64,000 nt of DNA from an uncultured Dehalococcoidales bacterium. GTDB lineage: Bacteria; Chloroflexota; Dehalococcoidia; Dehalococcoidales; E44-bin46. The DNA lies in the NCBI GenBank assembly GCA_964419575.1, contig CAYQQD010000001.1, positions 7,403 through 71,402 of the forward strand, written 5' to 3'. The notes below the pieces were generated by a model. The model did not search any database and had not been told where the DNA came from. It worked only from the letters and a program-made list of their open reading frames with translations. Below, in pieces: positions 26,154 to 36,413 of this stretch. The first letter of the stretch is position 1. Each line of letters opens with the position of its first letter. The position numbers and the translations under genes were made by a program.

Positions 26154-27357
26154 GAGTAATACCGTGATTTACCTAGATAATGCGGCGACATCCTGGCCCA
26201 AGCCAGAAAGTGTCTACCAGACCATGGATGAGTTCTTGAGGACAAAAGGCGGTAATCCTGGTCGTGGTAGCCACAGTATGGCTGTGGCGGCCAGAGAGAC
26301 AGTTGAAGAAACGCGGCTGCTTGTGGCGCGCCTTATTAGTGCCCCAGAAATGGAGCGAGTCATATTTACTCTGAATTGCACCGATGCCTTGAACCTGGGG
26401 CTAAAAGGACTGCTTAAGCCAGGGGACCACGTAATCACCAGTTGTATCGAGCACAATTCTGTGGTTCGCCCTCTTAGAAAGCTCGAACAGCAAGGGGTCA
26501 AAGTAAGTAGATTACCGCCTTCCCCGAAGACTGGAGCTGTGTCTGCCCTGGATATTGAGGAAGCGATAACTAGAGACACCAGACTGGTAGTGGTTACTCA
26601 TGCCTCTAACGTAACCGGGGTCATTCAACCCGTTGAGGAATACGGAGTAGTTGCTAGGGAGTATAACCTAATTTTCATGGTAGATGCGGCGCAAACTGCT
26701 GGTAAGTATCCTATTGATGTCCAAGCGGGTAACATTGATTTACTCGCCTTTTCCGGGCATAAAGGACTACTAGGCCCTCCAGGCACTGGGGTGCTTTATG
26801 TGGGCAACCGGGTTGACCTTGATTCATTGCGTGAGGGTGGCACCGGCTCATATTCGGAACTGGAGGAGCAGCCAGCCACTCTGCCTGATAGGTATGAAAG
26901 TGGGACAGTGAATAGTGTCGGCATTAGCGGGCTTGGCGCTGGACTGAAATATATCTTCAGCCAAGGTTTGACGAGGATTCGTACTCATGAGCGATGCTTG
27001 ATAGACAAGCTAGTCGAGGGTTTATCTAACATACCTAGATTAATTCTTTATCGGGCTAAAGATGGGTTTAATCAAGCACCTGTGGTCTCCTTTAACATCG
27101 AGGGATATGAGCCAGGGGAGGTAGAAGCCATTCTGGACCAAGCATTTGATATCAAGGTGAGGGCAGGGCTTCATTGTGCCCCAGCAGCTCACAAGACCTT
27201 AGGTACTTATCCATTAGGTACCGTACGTTTAAGTCCCGGATACTTCAATACTGTGGAAGAGATTGCTCTGACGCTTCAGGCCTTGGGGAAAATTGCAAGG
27301 ATGAAGCCTGTCAAGGATTTACCGGAAAGCAGAAGAGCAGTTTACAACAGGTTATGA
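26131..27357 (+). CDS. class-V aminotransferase-fold cysteine desulfurase family protein
   Basis: 408 aa. 'YLDNAATSWP' and PLP-Lys region 'FSGHKGLLGPPGTG'. The start is uncertain (an alternative GTG lies near 26164). Confidence 0.75.
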   Translation: MPNTLEHESNTVIYLDNAATSWPKPESVYQTMDEFLRTKGGNPGRGSHSMAVAARETVEETRLLVARLISAPEMERVIFTLNCTDALNLGLKGLLKPGDHVITSCIEHNSVVRPLRKLEQQGVKVSRLPPSPKTGAVSALDIEEAITRDTRLVVVTHASNVTGVIQPVEEYGVVAREYNLIFMVDAAQTAGKYPIDVQAGNIDLLAFSGHKGLLGPPGTGVLYVGNRVDLDSLREGGTGSYSELEEQPATLPDRYESGTVNSVGISGLGAGLKYIFSQGLTRIRTHERCLIDKLVEGLSNIPRLILYRAKDGFNQAPVVSFNIEGYEPGEVEAILDQAFDIKVRAGLHCAPAAHKTLGTYPLGTVRLSPGYFNTVEEIALTLQALGKIARMKPVKDLPESRRAVYNRL

Positions 27358-27381
27358 GATTAACATAAGGAGGAAATTGAG

Positions 27382-28371
27382 GTGGCAGAGATAATCCAAG
27401 AAGTGGAGAAGCTTCAGTATAAGACTATAGAAATACCTAAGCTAACTAGAGGTATAGCCAGGGACTCTACCGAGCTAATCGGAAACACACCCTTGGTCAG
27501 ATTGAACCGAATAACCCAAGGGTTAAAGGCAGGGGTGGTGGCAAAGCTTGAGTCTTTTAATCCTGTAGGCAGTGTGAAAGACAGGATTGGAGTGTCAATG
27601 ATTGTTGATGCTGAAGAGAGGGGGCTCATTAATAAAGACACGGTTATCGTCGAGCCCACCAGCGGCAATACAGGCATTGCCCTAGCCTTTGTTTGTGCCG
27701 CCAGAGGATATAAGCTTGTCCTCACCATGCCTGACACCATGTCCATGGAGCGTAGACAACTCCTAGCCATATTTGGCGCTGAGCTGGTGCTAACTCCCGG
27801 GGCAGAGGGGATGCCAGGAGCGGTCAGGAAAGCCGAGCAGCTGGTGGCTGAAAACCCGAATTACTTTATGCCCCAGCAGTTTAAAAACCCGGCAAACCCA
27901 GAGGTACACCGACTGACCACAGCCGAGGAGATCTGGCGAGATACTGAGGGGAAAGTGGATATTGTAGTCGCAGGGGTAGGAACTGGAGGGACGATTACCG
28001 GAGTAGCTGAGGTAATCAAACCTAAGAGACCACAATTTAAAGCTATTGCCGTTGAGCCTGCTGATTCCCCGGTTCTTTCTGGAGGAAAGCCAGGAGCCCA
28101 TAAGATTCAGGGCATCGGGGCTGGTTTTATCCCTGATATCTTAAGATTAGATTTAATTGATGAAATTATCGAGGTGACCAATGAAGATGCCGGAATAATG
28201 GCCAGGAGGTTAGCCAAAGAGGAAGGGATATTGGCTGGCATATCCTCGGGAGCAGCAACTTGGGCAGCATTAGAGGTAGCCAAAAGGCAGGAAAACGAGG
28301 GCAAGCTCATAGTGGTAATTCTACCCGACACTGGTGAGCGCTACCTATCTACCTGGCTCTTTCAAGAATAA
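27382..28371 (+). CDS. cysK: cysteine synthase A (O-acetylserine sulfhydrylase)
   Basis: 329 aa. '[11 protein letters not shown]' PLP-Lys motif and 'GTGGTITG'. AGGAGG lies 8 nt before the GTG. Confidence 0.9.
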   Translation: MAEIIQEVEKLQYKTIEIPKLTRGIARDSTELIGNTPLVRLNRITQGLKAGVVAKLESFNPVGSVKDRIGVSMIVDAEERGLINKDTVIVEPTSGNTGIALAFVCAARGYKLVLTMPDTMSMERRQLLAIFGAELVLTPGAEGMPGAVRKAEQLVAENPNYFMPQQFKNPANPEVHRLTTAEEIWRDTEGKVDIVVAGVGTGGTITGVAEVIKPKRPQFKAIAVEPADSPVLSGGKPGAHKIQGIGAGFIPDILRLDLIDEIIEVTNEDAGIMARRLAKEEGILAGISSGAATWAALEVAKRQENEGKLIVVILPDTGERYLSTWLFQE

Positions 28372-28399
28372 AGAAGTTCAATAAAAAGGTGGGTTTATT

Positions 28400-29116
28400 A
28401 TGTTTAAGACTTTAAGGGAAGATATTCAAACGGTATTTGCTAAGGACCCGGCGGCAAGAAGTGTGCGGGAGGTAATATTCTGTTATCCAGGGCTACGTGC
28501 CTTATGGTATCATCGTGTGGCTCATTTCCTCTGGCGCCACAGGCTTAAATTTCTAGCTCGCTTCTGCTCCCATACTAACCGCTTTCTAACCGGTATCGAA
28601 ATCCACCCCGGAGCCAAAATCGGTCGACGCTTCTTTATAGACCACGGGGCAGGGGTAGTGATCGGAGAGACAGCAGAAATAGGAGACGATGTTCTGATAT
28701 ATCAGGGAGTTGTCTTGGGTGGGACTAGTTTAAAGAAGGAGAAGCGCCATCCCACTGTTGGCAATAATGTGGTAATTGGAACCGGCGCAATAGCTCTGGG
28801 TGCTATCACTATAGGGGATGGAGCTAAGATTGGGGCGGGTTCAGTGGTAATAAAATCCGTTCCACCTGGAGCCACAGTTGTCGGAGTTCCAGGAAGGATT
28901 GTCGAGGAACGCCACAAGCCACTTGCAGACTTAGAGCACGGGGAGTTGCCTGACCCGATAGCAGAAGCTATAAGGCTTGTCCTAGAGGAGCAGGGAAGGT
29001 TAGGAGAGCGCGTGAAAAGGCTGGAGAGTCTGAGTGGTATCGTAGTCCCCGATGATGAAGTGAGGAAGATAAGGAAGGAAACTATAAAGGGCTTCAGCGG
29101 AGGAGGGGGAATATGA
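28400..29116 (+). CDS. cysE: serine O-acetyltransferase
   Basis: 238 aa. '[30 protein letters not shown]' followed by hexapeptide repeats. Confidence 0.9.
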   Translation: MFKTLREDIQTVFAKDPAARSVREVIFCYPGLRALWYHRVAHFLWRHRLKFLARFCSHTNRFLTGIEIHPGAKIGRRFFIDHGAGVVIGETAEIGDDVLIYQGVVLGGTSLKKEKRHPTVGNNVVIGTGAIALGAITIGDGAKIGAGSVVIKSVPPGATVVGVPGRIVEERHKPLADLEHGELPDPIAEAIRLVLEEQGRLGERVKRLESLSGIVVPDDEVRKIRKETIKGFSGGGGI

Positions 29117-30255
29117 GATTTGAAACAATAGCCATTCATGCTGGAGGGAGGCCGGATGCGACATTTGGTGCCGTCTCAGTGCCCATCTACCAGACATCGA
29201 CCTTTGTCTTTGAAGATGTGGGTAAGACAAGAGGCTATGACTATTCACGCACGGCGAATCCGACAAGAAAGGTTCTAGAAGATACCATTGCCCAACTCGA
29301 GGGTGGAAAGGCAGGGTTTGCCTTTGCCACCGGTATGGCTGCCGAAGCCACGGTTATGCACCTGCTTGAGGCTGGTGATCACGTAATTTCGGGGGATGAT
29401 GTCTACGGGGGAACTTATAGACTTTTTCAGAATGTAATGAGGGCCTTTGGGCTGGAGTTCACCTTCTTGAGGATGGATAGTAGGCAAGCGATTGAGGAAG
29501 CGATAAGGCCTAATACTAGGATGCTGTGGCTAGAGAGCCCATCTAATCCATTACTGAATATTATTGATGTAGAAATGGTGGCTGATGTTGCCAAAAAGCA
29601 CGGCATATTGACAGTGATGGATAATACTTTTGCCACCCCCTATTTCCTGAGACCAATTGACTTTGGGATTGATCTTGTTGTTCACTCTACAACCAAGTAT
29701 CTCAACGGACACTGTGATGTTGTTGGGGGTGCTGTGGTAACCACCACTGATGAATTAACCGAGAGGGTTCAATTTCTCCTTAATGCCATGGGAACCTGCG
29801 CCTCTCCCTTCGATTGCTGGCTGGTGCTTCGGGGAATTGAGACTCTCCCGGTAAGAATGAAGCAGCATGAGGCGAACGCAATCGCCGTAGCTAATTATCT
29901 CAGAGAGCACCTTCCAGTAAATAGGGTGTTCTACCCTGGGCTTGAGTCTCATCCAGGACATGAAATCGCCAAGAGGCAGATGAAGGGGTTCGGTGGGGTG
30001 GTGTCGTTTGAATTAAAAGGGGGGATTCAGGCAGCTAACAACTTTCTGAGAAGAATCAAGGTCTTTTCCCTGGCAGAATCGCTTGGTGGTGTTGCTTCCC
30101 TTGCTGAGCACCCAGCTACCATGACTCACGCTTCGATGCCAAAGGATTACCGGGAAAAAGTAGGAATCACTGATGAACTAATCAGGTTGTCGGTTGGGTT
30201 GGAAAATGTTGATGATTTAATTGAGGATTTACACCAAGCGCTGGAGGTTAGCTGA
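29113..30255 (+). CDS. Cys/Met-metabolism PLP enzyme (cystathionine gamma-synthase / beta-lyase / gamma-lyase family)
   Basis: 380 aa. '[16 protein letters not shown]' PLP-Lys motif. ATGA overlap with cysE. Confidence 0.85.
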   Translation: MRFETIAIHAGGRPDATFGAVSVPIYQTSTFVFEDVGKTRGYDYSRTANPTRKVLEDTIAQLEGGKAGFAFATGMAAEATVMHLLEAGDHVISGDDVYGGTYRLFQNVMRAFGLEFTFLRMDSRQAIEEAIRPNTRMLWLESPSNPLLNIIDVEMVADVAKKHGILTVMDNTFATPYFLRPIDFGIDLVVHSTTKYLNGHCDVVGGAVVTTTDELTERVQFLLNAMGTCASPFDCWLVLRGIETLPVRMKQHEANAIAVANYLREHLPVNRVFYPGLESHPGHEIAKRQMKGFGGVVSFELKGGIQAANNFLRRIKVFSLAESLGGVASLAEHPATMTHASMPKDYREKVGITDELIRLSVGLENVDDLIEDLHQALEVS

Positions 30256-30267
30256 AGGAGTGGAGTA

Positions 30268-31491
30268 GTGTCATACGCTAGAGCTTTACGTTGTCGAAAA
30301 TGCGGGCAGGAATATCCTTTGCAGCCTCTCAACCTGTGCGACTTCTGCCTTAGCCCGTTGGAGGTCAGCTATGACTATAAGTCTATGGCTAAAGCCGTAA
30401 GTCGGGAGAAACTCAGCGGAGGAACGCTGAGCATGTGGCGCTATCGCGATATGCTGCCAGTGGAGGGCAAGGAAGTGGACATTGGTACCGGCTTTACCCC
30501 TCTAGTCAAAGCCGATAACCTTGGGCATGAACTGGGGCTAAACCGCCTCTATATTAAGAATGACTGCCTTAATCCAACATACTCCTTCAAGGACAGGGTA
30601 GTCTCAGTTGCCGTTACCAAGGCGCGCGAATTCGGGTTTGACACCATAGCCTGTGCCTCAACGGGCAACCTAGCGGCTAGCGTAGCCGCCCATGCCGCCA
30701 AGGCGAATATGAAAGCTTATGTTTTCGTCCCCTCTGAGGTAGAACCGGGTAAGCTGGTAGGAGCAGCAATCTATAACCCAGTTCTGGTGACCGTTAAAGG
30801 AAGCTATGACGATGTCAACCGTCTCTGCGCCCGGCTGGTGGAAAGATATAACTGGGGTTTCATCAACATTAATCTCCGACCCTACTATGCTGAGGGGAGT
30901 AAGACCTTGGGCTATGAGGTGGCTGAGCAATTAGGGTGGCGTGCCCCTGACTGTGTGGTGGCTCCCGCCGCCTCGGGGCTGCTCTTTACCCGAATATGGA
31001 AAGGCCTAGACGAGCTAGCTATGCTTGGCTTAATCGAAGCAGTTAATACCCATATGTATCTCGCTCAGGCTACTGGCTGCTCGCCCATAGTTAACGCCTT
31101 TCAGGCGGGCTCTCTCCATGTGCACCCGGTAGAGCCAGACACTATTGCCAAGTCCATAGCCATCGGGAACCCGGCTGATGGTTATTATGCGTTGAGGGTT
31201 GCCAGGCAGTCAGGGGGTGGTGCTTGCGCTGTCACCGATGAGGAAGCAATTGCCGGGATGAAGCTACTGGCTCAAACTGAGGGTATCTTTGCTGAAGCAG
31301 CGGGTGGAGTAGTTATTGCCGGGCTCAAGAGGCTGGCAACTTCGGGGGTGATTAAAAGGAACGAGCTTACCGTGGCTTTCATCACTGGGGCAGGACCCAA
31401 GACACAGGAAATAGTGTCCGGCATCGTTCAGCCCTTTGCTGTCCAGCCCAACCTGGAATCATTTGAGGAGGTGCTCGGTGCGCGAGCTTAA
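30268..31491 (+). CDS. threonine-synthase-family PLP enzyme with N-terminal zinc ribbon
   Basis: 407 aa. 'CRKCG...CDFC' ribbon, 'YSFKDRV' PLP-Lys and 'CASTGN'. Confidence 0.8.
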   Translation: MSYARALRCRKCGQEYPLQPLNLCDFCLSPLEVSYDYKSMAKAVSREKLSGGTLSMWRYRDMLPVEGKEVDIGTGFTPLVKADNLGHELGLNRLYIKNDCLNPTYSFKDRVVSVAVTKAREFGFDTIACASTGNLAASVAAHAAKANMKAYVFVPSEVEPGKLVGAAIYNPVLVTVKGSYDDVNRLCARLVERYNWGFININLRPYYAEGSKTLGYEVAEQLGWRAPDCVVAPAASGLLFTRIWKGLDELAMLGLIEAVNTHMYLAQATGCSPIVNAFQAGSLHVHPVEPDTIAKSIAIGNPADGYYALRVARQSGGGACAVTDEEAIAGMKLLAQTEGIFAEAAGGVVIAGLKRLATSGVIKRNELTVAFITGAGPKTQEIVSGIVQPFAVQPNLESFEEVLGARA

Positions 31492-31547
31492 GCCTGTCAC
31501 ACTCCCCACGTTCAATATTAATCCCAAGAAAAATAAAGGGGGCTAAG

Positions 31548-31790
31548 ATGGTCAAGAGACGAGTAATGTTTACCTTTCCCCAGGAGCTTATTAAGGAGCC
31601 CATCATTTATACTCTCAGCCACCAGTTCAAGGTAGTGACCAATATTCGCCGCGCTGATATATCTGAGGATAAAGGGTGGGTGGTATTGGAGCTAGAGGGG
31701 GATGAGAAGGAAATCGAGCAGGGGATTGCCTGGGTAACTGCCAAAGGGGTGAGGGTCGATCCTGTTATTGGAGATATTGTGGAGGGTTAA
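31548..31790 (+). CDS. stand-alone NIL-domain protein
   Basis: 80 aa. 'VVTNIRRADISEDKGWVVLELEG...' matches my memory of the NIL domain layout. Confidence 0.6.
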   Translation: MVKRRVMFTFPQELIKEPIIYTLSHQFKVVTNIRRADISEDKGWVVLELEGDEKEIEQGIAWVTAKGVRVDPVIGDIVEG

Positions 31791-31793
31791 GCG

Positions 31794-32960
31794 GTGAGAA
31801 GGATATATCTTGATTATGCTGCCACGACGCCGACGCATCCCGAGGTGGTGAAGACGATGCTGCCCTATTTTACCGATGCCTTTGGTAACCCTTCAACCAT
31901 CTATTCCTACGGTCAGGAGGCAAAGGGAGCTATTGAGGAGGCAAGGAGTAAGGTTGCCGACCTTATTGGCGCCCAGAGCGAAGAGATTGTCTTTACCAGC
32001 GGGGGGACAGAGGCAGATAACTTTGCCTTAGAGGGTGTGGCTTTCGCCAAAGAGCCCAAAGGGAACCACATCATTACTAACTCCATTGAGCACCACGCAG
32101 TCATAGAGACGTGTAAGTTCTTGGAGAGAAGAGGGTTCAGAGTAACCTACCTGCCGGTAGATGAGTATGGCTTGGTTGACCCTGGCGATGTCAAAAGGGC
32201 TATCATTGATAAGACCATCCTCATTTCGGTAATGCAGGCTAACAATGAAGTAGGCACCATTGAGCCGATAGCTGAGATAGGTAGGATTACCAAGGAGGCC
32301 GGAATCTATTTTCATACCGACGCAGTACAAACCGTAGGGCACATCCCAGTAAATGTGAATGAACTTGGGGTGGATTTACTGTCTATGTCGGCACACAAGC
32401 TCTATGGTCCTAAGGGGGTTGGAGCATTATATGTTAGAAAAGGGACAAAACTGATTCCCTTTATGCATGGAGGTGAGCAGGAGAGAAGGCGACGAGCAAG
32501 TACTGAGAACGTCCCTGGGCTTGTCGGCTTTGGCAAAGCTGCCGAACTTGCCCAGCAGGAAATGACCGAGGAAGCAGAGCGGTTGACTTATCTTCGTGAC
32601 CAGCTTATTGAGGGTCTTCTAGAGCGGATTGACCACATTCGCTTAAATGGTCATCCCATAAAGAGGCTACCCAACAACGTCAATATAAGTGTTGATTATG
32701 TAGAAGGGGAGTCAATGCTTCTAAATCTTGACTTGGAGGGCATTTGTGCTTCTACCGGCTCAGCTTGTAGCTCATCAAGCCTTGAGCCATCCCATGTGCT
32801 CCTGGCACTGGGCCTCTCCCCTGAGCAAGCGCATGGTTCCTTAAGGTTTAGTCTAGGGAGGTGGACGACTGAAGAGGAGATAGGTCGAGTCCTGGAGGTT
32901 CTGCCCAAGATTGTATCTAAGCTCAGAGATATGTCACCGCTTTTGAAAAGCCATAGATAG
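31794..32960 (+). CDS. nifS: cysteine desulfurase NifS/IscS-type
   Basis: 388 aa. '[15 protein letters not shown]' PLP-Lys and catalytic loop 'STGSACSS'. Confidence 0.9.
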   Translation: MRRIYLDYAATTPTHPEVVKTMLPYFTDAFGNPSTIYSYGQEAKGAIEEARSKVADLIGAQSEEIVFTSGGTEADNFALEGVAFAKEPKGNHIITNSIEHHAVIETCKFLERRGFRVTYLPVDEYGLVDPGDVKRAIIDKTILISVMQANNEVGTIEPIAEIGRITKEAGIYFHTDAVQTVGHIPVNVNELGVDLLSMSAHKLYGPKGVGALYVRKGTKLIPFMHGGEQERRRRASTENVPGLVGFGKAAELAQQEMTEEAERLTYLRDQLIEGLLERIDHIRLNGHPIKRLPNNVNISVDYVEGESMLLNLDLEGICASTGSACSSSSLEPSHVLLALGLSPEQAHGSLRFSLGRWTTEEEIGRVLEVLPKIVSKLRDMSPLLKSHR

Positions 32961-32971
32961 GAGAGGAAAAG

Positions 32972-33379
32972 ATGCGTGATGTATGGTCGCTATACAGTGA
33001 TAAGGTGATGGAACATTTCAAAAACCCCAGGAATGTAGGAGAGATAGAGAATCCCGATGGCGTCGGACACGTGGGCAACCCGGTGTGCGGCGATATCATG
33101 GAGCTTTACATCAAGGTAAATGATAGCACCATCGTTGATGCCAAATTCAAGACTTTTGGCTGTGGAGCTGCCATCGCCACCAGCTCTATGGTCACCGAGA
33201 TGGTAAAAGGGAAGAGTATAAGCGAGGCGCTGGAAATCTCCAATCGGGCAGTGGCTGAAGCGTTAGACGGGCTGCCACCATTCAAGATGCACTGCTCAGT
33301 TCTAGCTGAGGAGGCACTAAAATCAGCTATTGAGGACTACCTCGCTAAGAGCTGTCCAACTAAGGTAGCTCAAACATAA
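32972..33379 (+). CDS. iscU: Fe-S cluster scaffold IscU/NifU N-terminal type
   Basis: 135 aa. Three scaffold Cys in 'GNPVCGD', 'FGCGAAIA' and 'MHCSVLA'. Confidence 0.9.
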   Translation: MRDVWSLYSDKVMEHFKNPRNVGEIENPDGVGHVGNPVCGDIMELYIKVNDSTIVDAKFKTFGCGAAIATSSMVTEMVKGKSISEALEISNRAVAEALDGLPPFKMHCSVLAEEALKSAIEDYLAKSCPTKVAQT

Positions 33380-33394
33380 AAGGGAGGTGCTAAA

Positions 33395-34177
33395 GTGGCA
33401 CAAAAGTTCAGTCCAGCGGGAGAAAAGGATATAAGTAGTGCTATAGTCGCTGAGTTTGCCGCTCAGTTTCAAGAATATGTAGAGAGCGACTGTATTATCG
33501 TCGGTGGTGGTCCAAGTGGACTCATGGCAGGTAGGAATTTGGCAAGAGCGGGCAAGAGGGTTCTTATTGTCGAACGGAATAACTATATTGGGGGTGGCTT
33601 CTGGATTGGGGGGTTCCTGATGAACACGGTAACCGTAAGACATCCGGGAGAGAGGATTTTAGATGAGCTCGGTATTCCGTACAAGGCGGTTAATAAGAAT
33701 CTGTGGGGGGCGAACGGTCCGCATGCCTGTTCAAAGCTTATTGCTTCAACCTGCGATGCCGGCGTTAAATTCCTCAATATGGCAAACTTCGACGACCTAG
33801 TATTAAGAGGAGATAATCGTGTTGCCGGAGTTGTGGTTAACTGGACACCTGTCTCAGCATTACCAAGAGAGATAACCTGCGTTGACCCCATTGCCTTGGA
33901 GTCGAGAGTGGTTATCGACGCTACTGGTCATGATGCTCAGGTAGTGAGGAAATTGGAGGAGAGGGGGCTAATCAAAACCAAGGGTTATGGTGCTATGTGG
34001 GTAGAGAGGTCGGAAGACCTAGTCGTTGAGCATACAGGAGAGGTTCACCCGGGGTTGATTGTCACCGGCATGGCGGTATCAACAACCTACGGATTGCCTC
34101 GGATGGGCCCAACTTTTGGGGCTATGCTCTTATCGGGGGAAGTGGCGGCTGAGATTGCCCTAGAGAGTTTGAGATGA
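33395..34177 (+). CDS. thi4: Thi4-type thiazole synthase, His variant (non-suicidal type)
   Basis: 260 aa. '[13 protein letters not shown]' and '[11 protein letters not shown]', with His at the position of the yeast sulfur-donor Cys. Confidence 0.85.
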   Translation: MAQKFSPAGEKDISSAIVAEFAAQFQEYVESDCIIVGGGPSGLMAGRNLARAGKRVLIVERNNYIGGGFWIGGFLMNTVTVRHPGERILDELGIPYKAVNKNLWGANGPHACSKLIASTCDAGVKFLNMANFDDLVLRGDNRVAGVVVNWTPVSALPREITCVDPIALESRVVIDATGHDAQVVRKLEERGLIKTKGYGAMWVERSEDLVVEHTGEVHPGLIVTGMAVSTTYGLPRMGPTFGAMLLSGEVAAEIALESLR

Positions 34178-34974
34178 AAGTTCGCCGAATAGAGAAGGTC
34201 CTCTTGTACGATGAAGGTGCGGCTGAAGAATTAAATACAGAGGAAATCGCCAAATATTTGAAAGAGAAGCTAGGGAAAGCACAAGTCAAGGTGAGAGGGA
34301 ATCCCTTTGCTCTTTGGCTTGAGAAAAGCTCAGATTATGCAAGAAAGCTTGCATCTATCAAGATTCAAGATGTGAATAGACAGATAGCCCCTGAGCAGGA
34401 ACCTCTCTATGGCGAGGTTTCGTATGAAGAAAGAAGAATTCTGGGAAAAACCAAGTCCTTTGGAGTGCTCTACGACGGTTTTCAACTTCAAAGGGTCTTT
34501 TCAGAACTCATAGCACGGGAGGAGTGCTCTCTTGAGGTTGTTCACATCTTCTTTACCAACCGTTTGTTTGCTACCTGGGAGGAGAATAACAACCGGTACC
34601 ATGCCAGGACAAGCATGTATGGTATCCCCTCGGTTATCTCAACTACAGGGCTGGTAGAGGCACCGGCCAAGCCAAGGGAGTATTACCTTCTTAAGCAGCA
34701 GTATGAGATGCTAGGAAAGGACCTGTTGGAACTCAAAGAGAGATTGAAGGGAAGTTTTATTGATTACGGGGATGAACGACTGACCGAGGTTATAAAGGGA
34801 TATGCAATGCAGGCGGTTTTCTATCATCTTGTTGGTGACCCTTTTTGCGAGGATAAGGGTTGTCGGCTATATAACGCCCACTGGCAAGAGGAACTCATCT
34901 TTGCCCAGCTTGAGAGCGAATACGAGTTTTGTGAACGCCATACCAGAATCTTAGATAATTTACGTAGGAAATGA
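34174..34974 (+). CDS. hypothetical protein. The C-terminal Cys/His motif resembles a degenerate archaemetzincin-like zinc site.
   Basis: 266 aa. '[20 protein letters not shown]...FCERH'. ATGA overlaps link it to both thi4 and the ThiS-like gene. Confidence 0.6.
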   Translation: MKVRRIEKVLLYDEGAAEELNTEEIAKYLKEKLGKAQVKVRGNPFALWLEKSSDYARKLASIKIQDVNRQIAPEQEPLYGEVSYEERRILGKTKSFGVLYDGFQLQRVFSELIAREECSLEVVHIFFTNRLFATWEENNNRYHARTSMYGIPSVISTTGLVEAPAKPREYYLLKQQYEMLGKDLLELKERLKGSFIDYGDERLTEVIKGYAMQAVFYHLVGDPFCEDKGCRLYNAHWQEELIFAQLESEYEFCERHTRILDNLRRK

Positions 34975-35165
34975 AAATGAGCATTCCGGAAATAGAGGTT
35001 AAAGAGGATAAGACAATAAAGGAGCTTATGGATGAGCTCCAGCTCTCTACTGCTCCCATCCTGCTGATGGTGGATGGGAGAATTTTCTACCCAGATGTGA
35101 TAAAGGGCAGAAGGTTAAGGAAAGAGGATAAAGTAACATTAATCCCACTGATAGCGGGGGGATGA
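34971..35165 (+). CDS. ThiS/MoaD-like sulfur-carrier protein ending in Gly-Gly
   Basis: 64 aa. '...EDKVTLIPLIAGG' followed by the stop, and a beta-grasp-like pattern 'TIKELMDEL...LLMVDGRIF'. Confidence 0.75.
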   Translation: MKMSIPEIEVKEDKTIKELMDELQLSTAPILLMVDGRIFYPDVIKGRRLRKEDKVTLIPLIAGG

Positions 35166-35208
35166 GGGAGGCACAACCAATTAAGGTCTTGGTGAAGGAG
35201 GTAGTTTG

Positions 35209-36402
35209 ATGAAGCTATATCAGATGGTCGTAAAAGACATTATACGCCGCAAAAGGCGGGTGTTATTTGCCATCATCGGTGTAATTATCGGCACTATGAC
35301 GGTCGTTGGCATATTTACCATTGCCCGCGCTGGTGAAGCAAGAATGTATGAGCAGCTGGAAAAATATGGCCCTAACTTAACCGTCATACCAGCCATAACT
35401 AACGTTGATGTGAATTTAGGTGGCGACCTGAGTCTTGGGACTTTGTCAGTCGGCGAAAACTGCATCCCCGAGGAAAAATTGCCTGAGATCAGAAGGATAA
35501 CCGATAACGCAATAAGGGAGGCGCTGGGCATTGAAGATGAGGGCAATATTGCCATCATTGCCCCCAAACTCTACGTGAATACCGAGGTGAAAGGGGTATC
35601 GGTGATGGTAGTTGGGGTGGAGCCTCAAGAGGAGAGCAAGATTAAGACATGGTGGAGAATTCGGGAGGGGGAATATCTTGAGCGTGCCGACCAGGCGCTG
35701 ATCGGAGCGGTAGCTGCTGAACTTCTGGAGCTTAGCGAAGGTGATACCATTGCTCTTAACGGCACCGATGTAACCATTACCGGTATTCTCGAGGAGACAG
35801 GTTCCAACGAAGATTACCAGATTTTTGTTCCCCTAGCCACATTGCAGAGGGCGTTTAACAAAGAGGGGCTGATTTCTTCAATGGATATTCGTGCCCTGTG
35901 CAATGCATGCCCGGTGGTAATGATCGCTGACAGTATAAATAGTGAGATTCCCGGGGTTCGGGCAATTGCGGTAAAACAAATAGCTAGCGCTGAAATGGAG
36001 ATGCTGGGGAGAATAAACAGGTTTATGCTGGCTCTGGCCGGAATTACACTGGCTGTTGGCTTGTTTGGGGTAGGCAACACGATGATGCGGTCGGTAAATG
36101 AAAGGATCAAAGACATCGGGATAATGAGAGCAGTAGGGGCGTCACACAATCAGATAATGAGGGTCTTTCTTTACGAGGCTATTATTATTGGTGTATTGGG
36201 GGGTATCTTCGGGTATTGGGCAGGAACCTTGCTGGCATTTGGGCTTGGCCCGGTGCTCTTTCAGATATCAGCCATTAGTTACGTACCCCAGTACTTCCCC
36301 CTAGCACTGGGCTTAGCTATCTCTGTTGCCGTCATAGCCACCATATATCCAGCCTTTCGCGCCACCAGGGTTAAGGTGGCTGATTCCTTTAGGTCTTTGT
36401 GA
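35209..36402 (+). CDS. FtsX/MacB-type ABC transporter permease
   Basis: One N-terminal TM, a ~230-aa extracytoplasmic domain and three C-terminal TMs. GGAGG lies 7 nt before the ATG at 35209. Confidence 0.85.
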   Translation: MKLYQMVVKDIIRRKRRVLFAIIGVIIGTMTVVGIFTIARAGEARMYEQLEKYGPNLTVIPAITNVDVNLGGDLSLGTLSVGENCIPEEKLPEIRRITDNAIREALGIEDEGNIAIIAPKLYVNTEVKGVSVMVVGVEPQEESKIKTWWRIREGEYLERADQALIGAVAAELLELSEGDTIALNGTDVTITGILEETGSNEDYQIFVPLATLQRAFNKEGLISSMDIRALCNACPVVMIADSINSEIPGVRAIAVKQIASAEMEMLGRINRFMLALAGITLAVGLFGVGNTMMRSVNERIKDIGIMRAVGASHNQIMRVFLYEAIIIGVLGGIFGYWAGTLLAFGLGPVLFQISAISYVPQYFPLALGLAISVAVIATIYPAFRATRVKVADSFRSL

Positions 36403-36413
36403 GGTGGGACAAG

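Noticed and set aside
33380-33394. TPP riboswitch expected in front of thi4.
   Set aside because: Only 15 nt separate iscU and thi4. There is no room for an aptamer, and thi4 is embedded in the long array.
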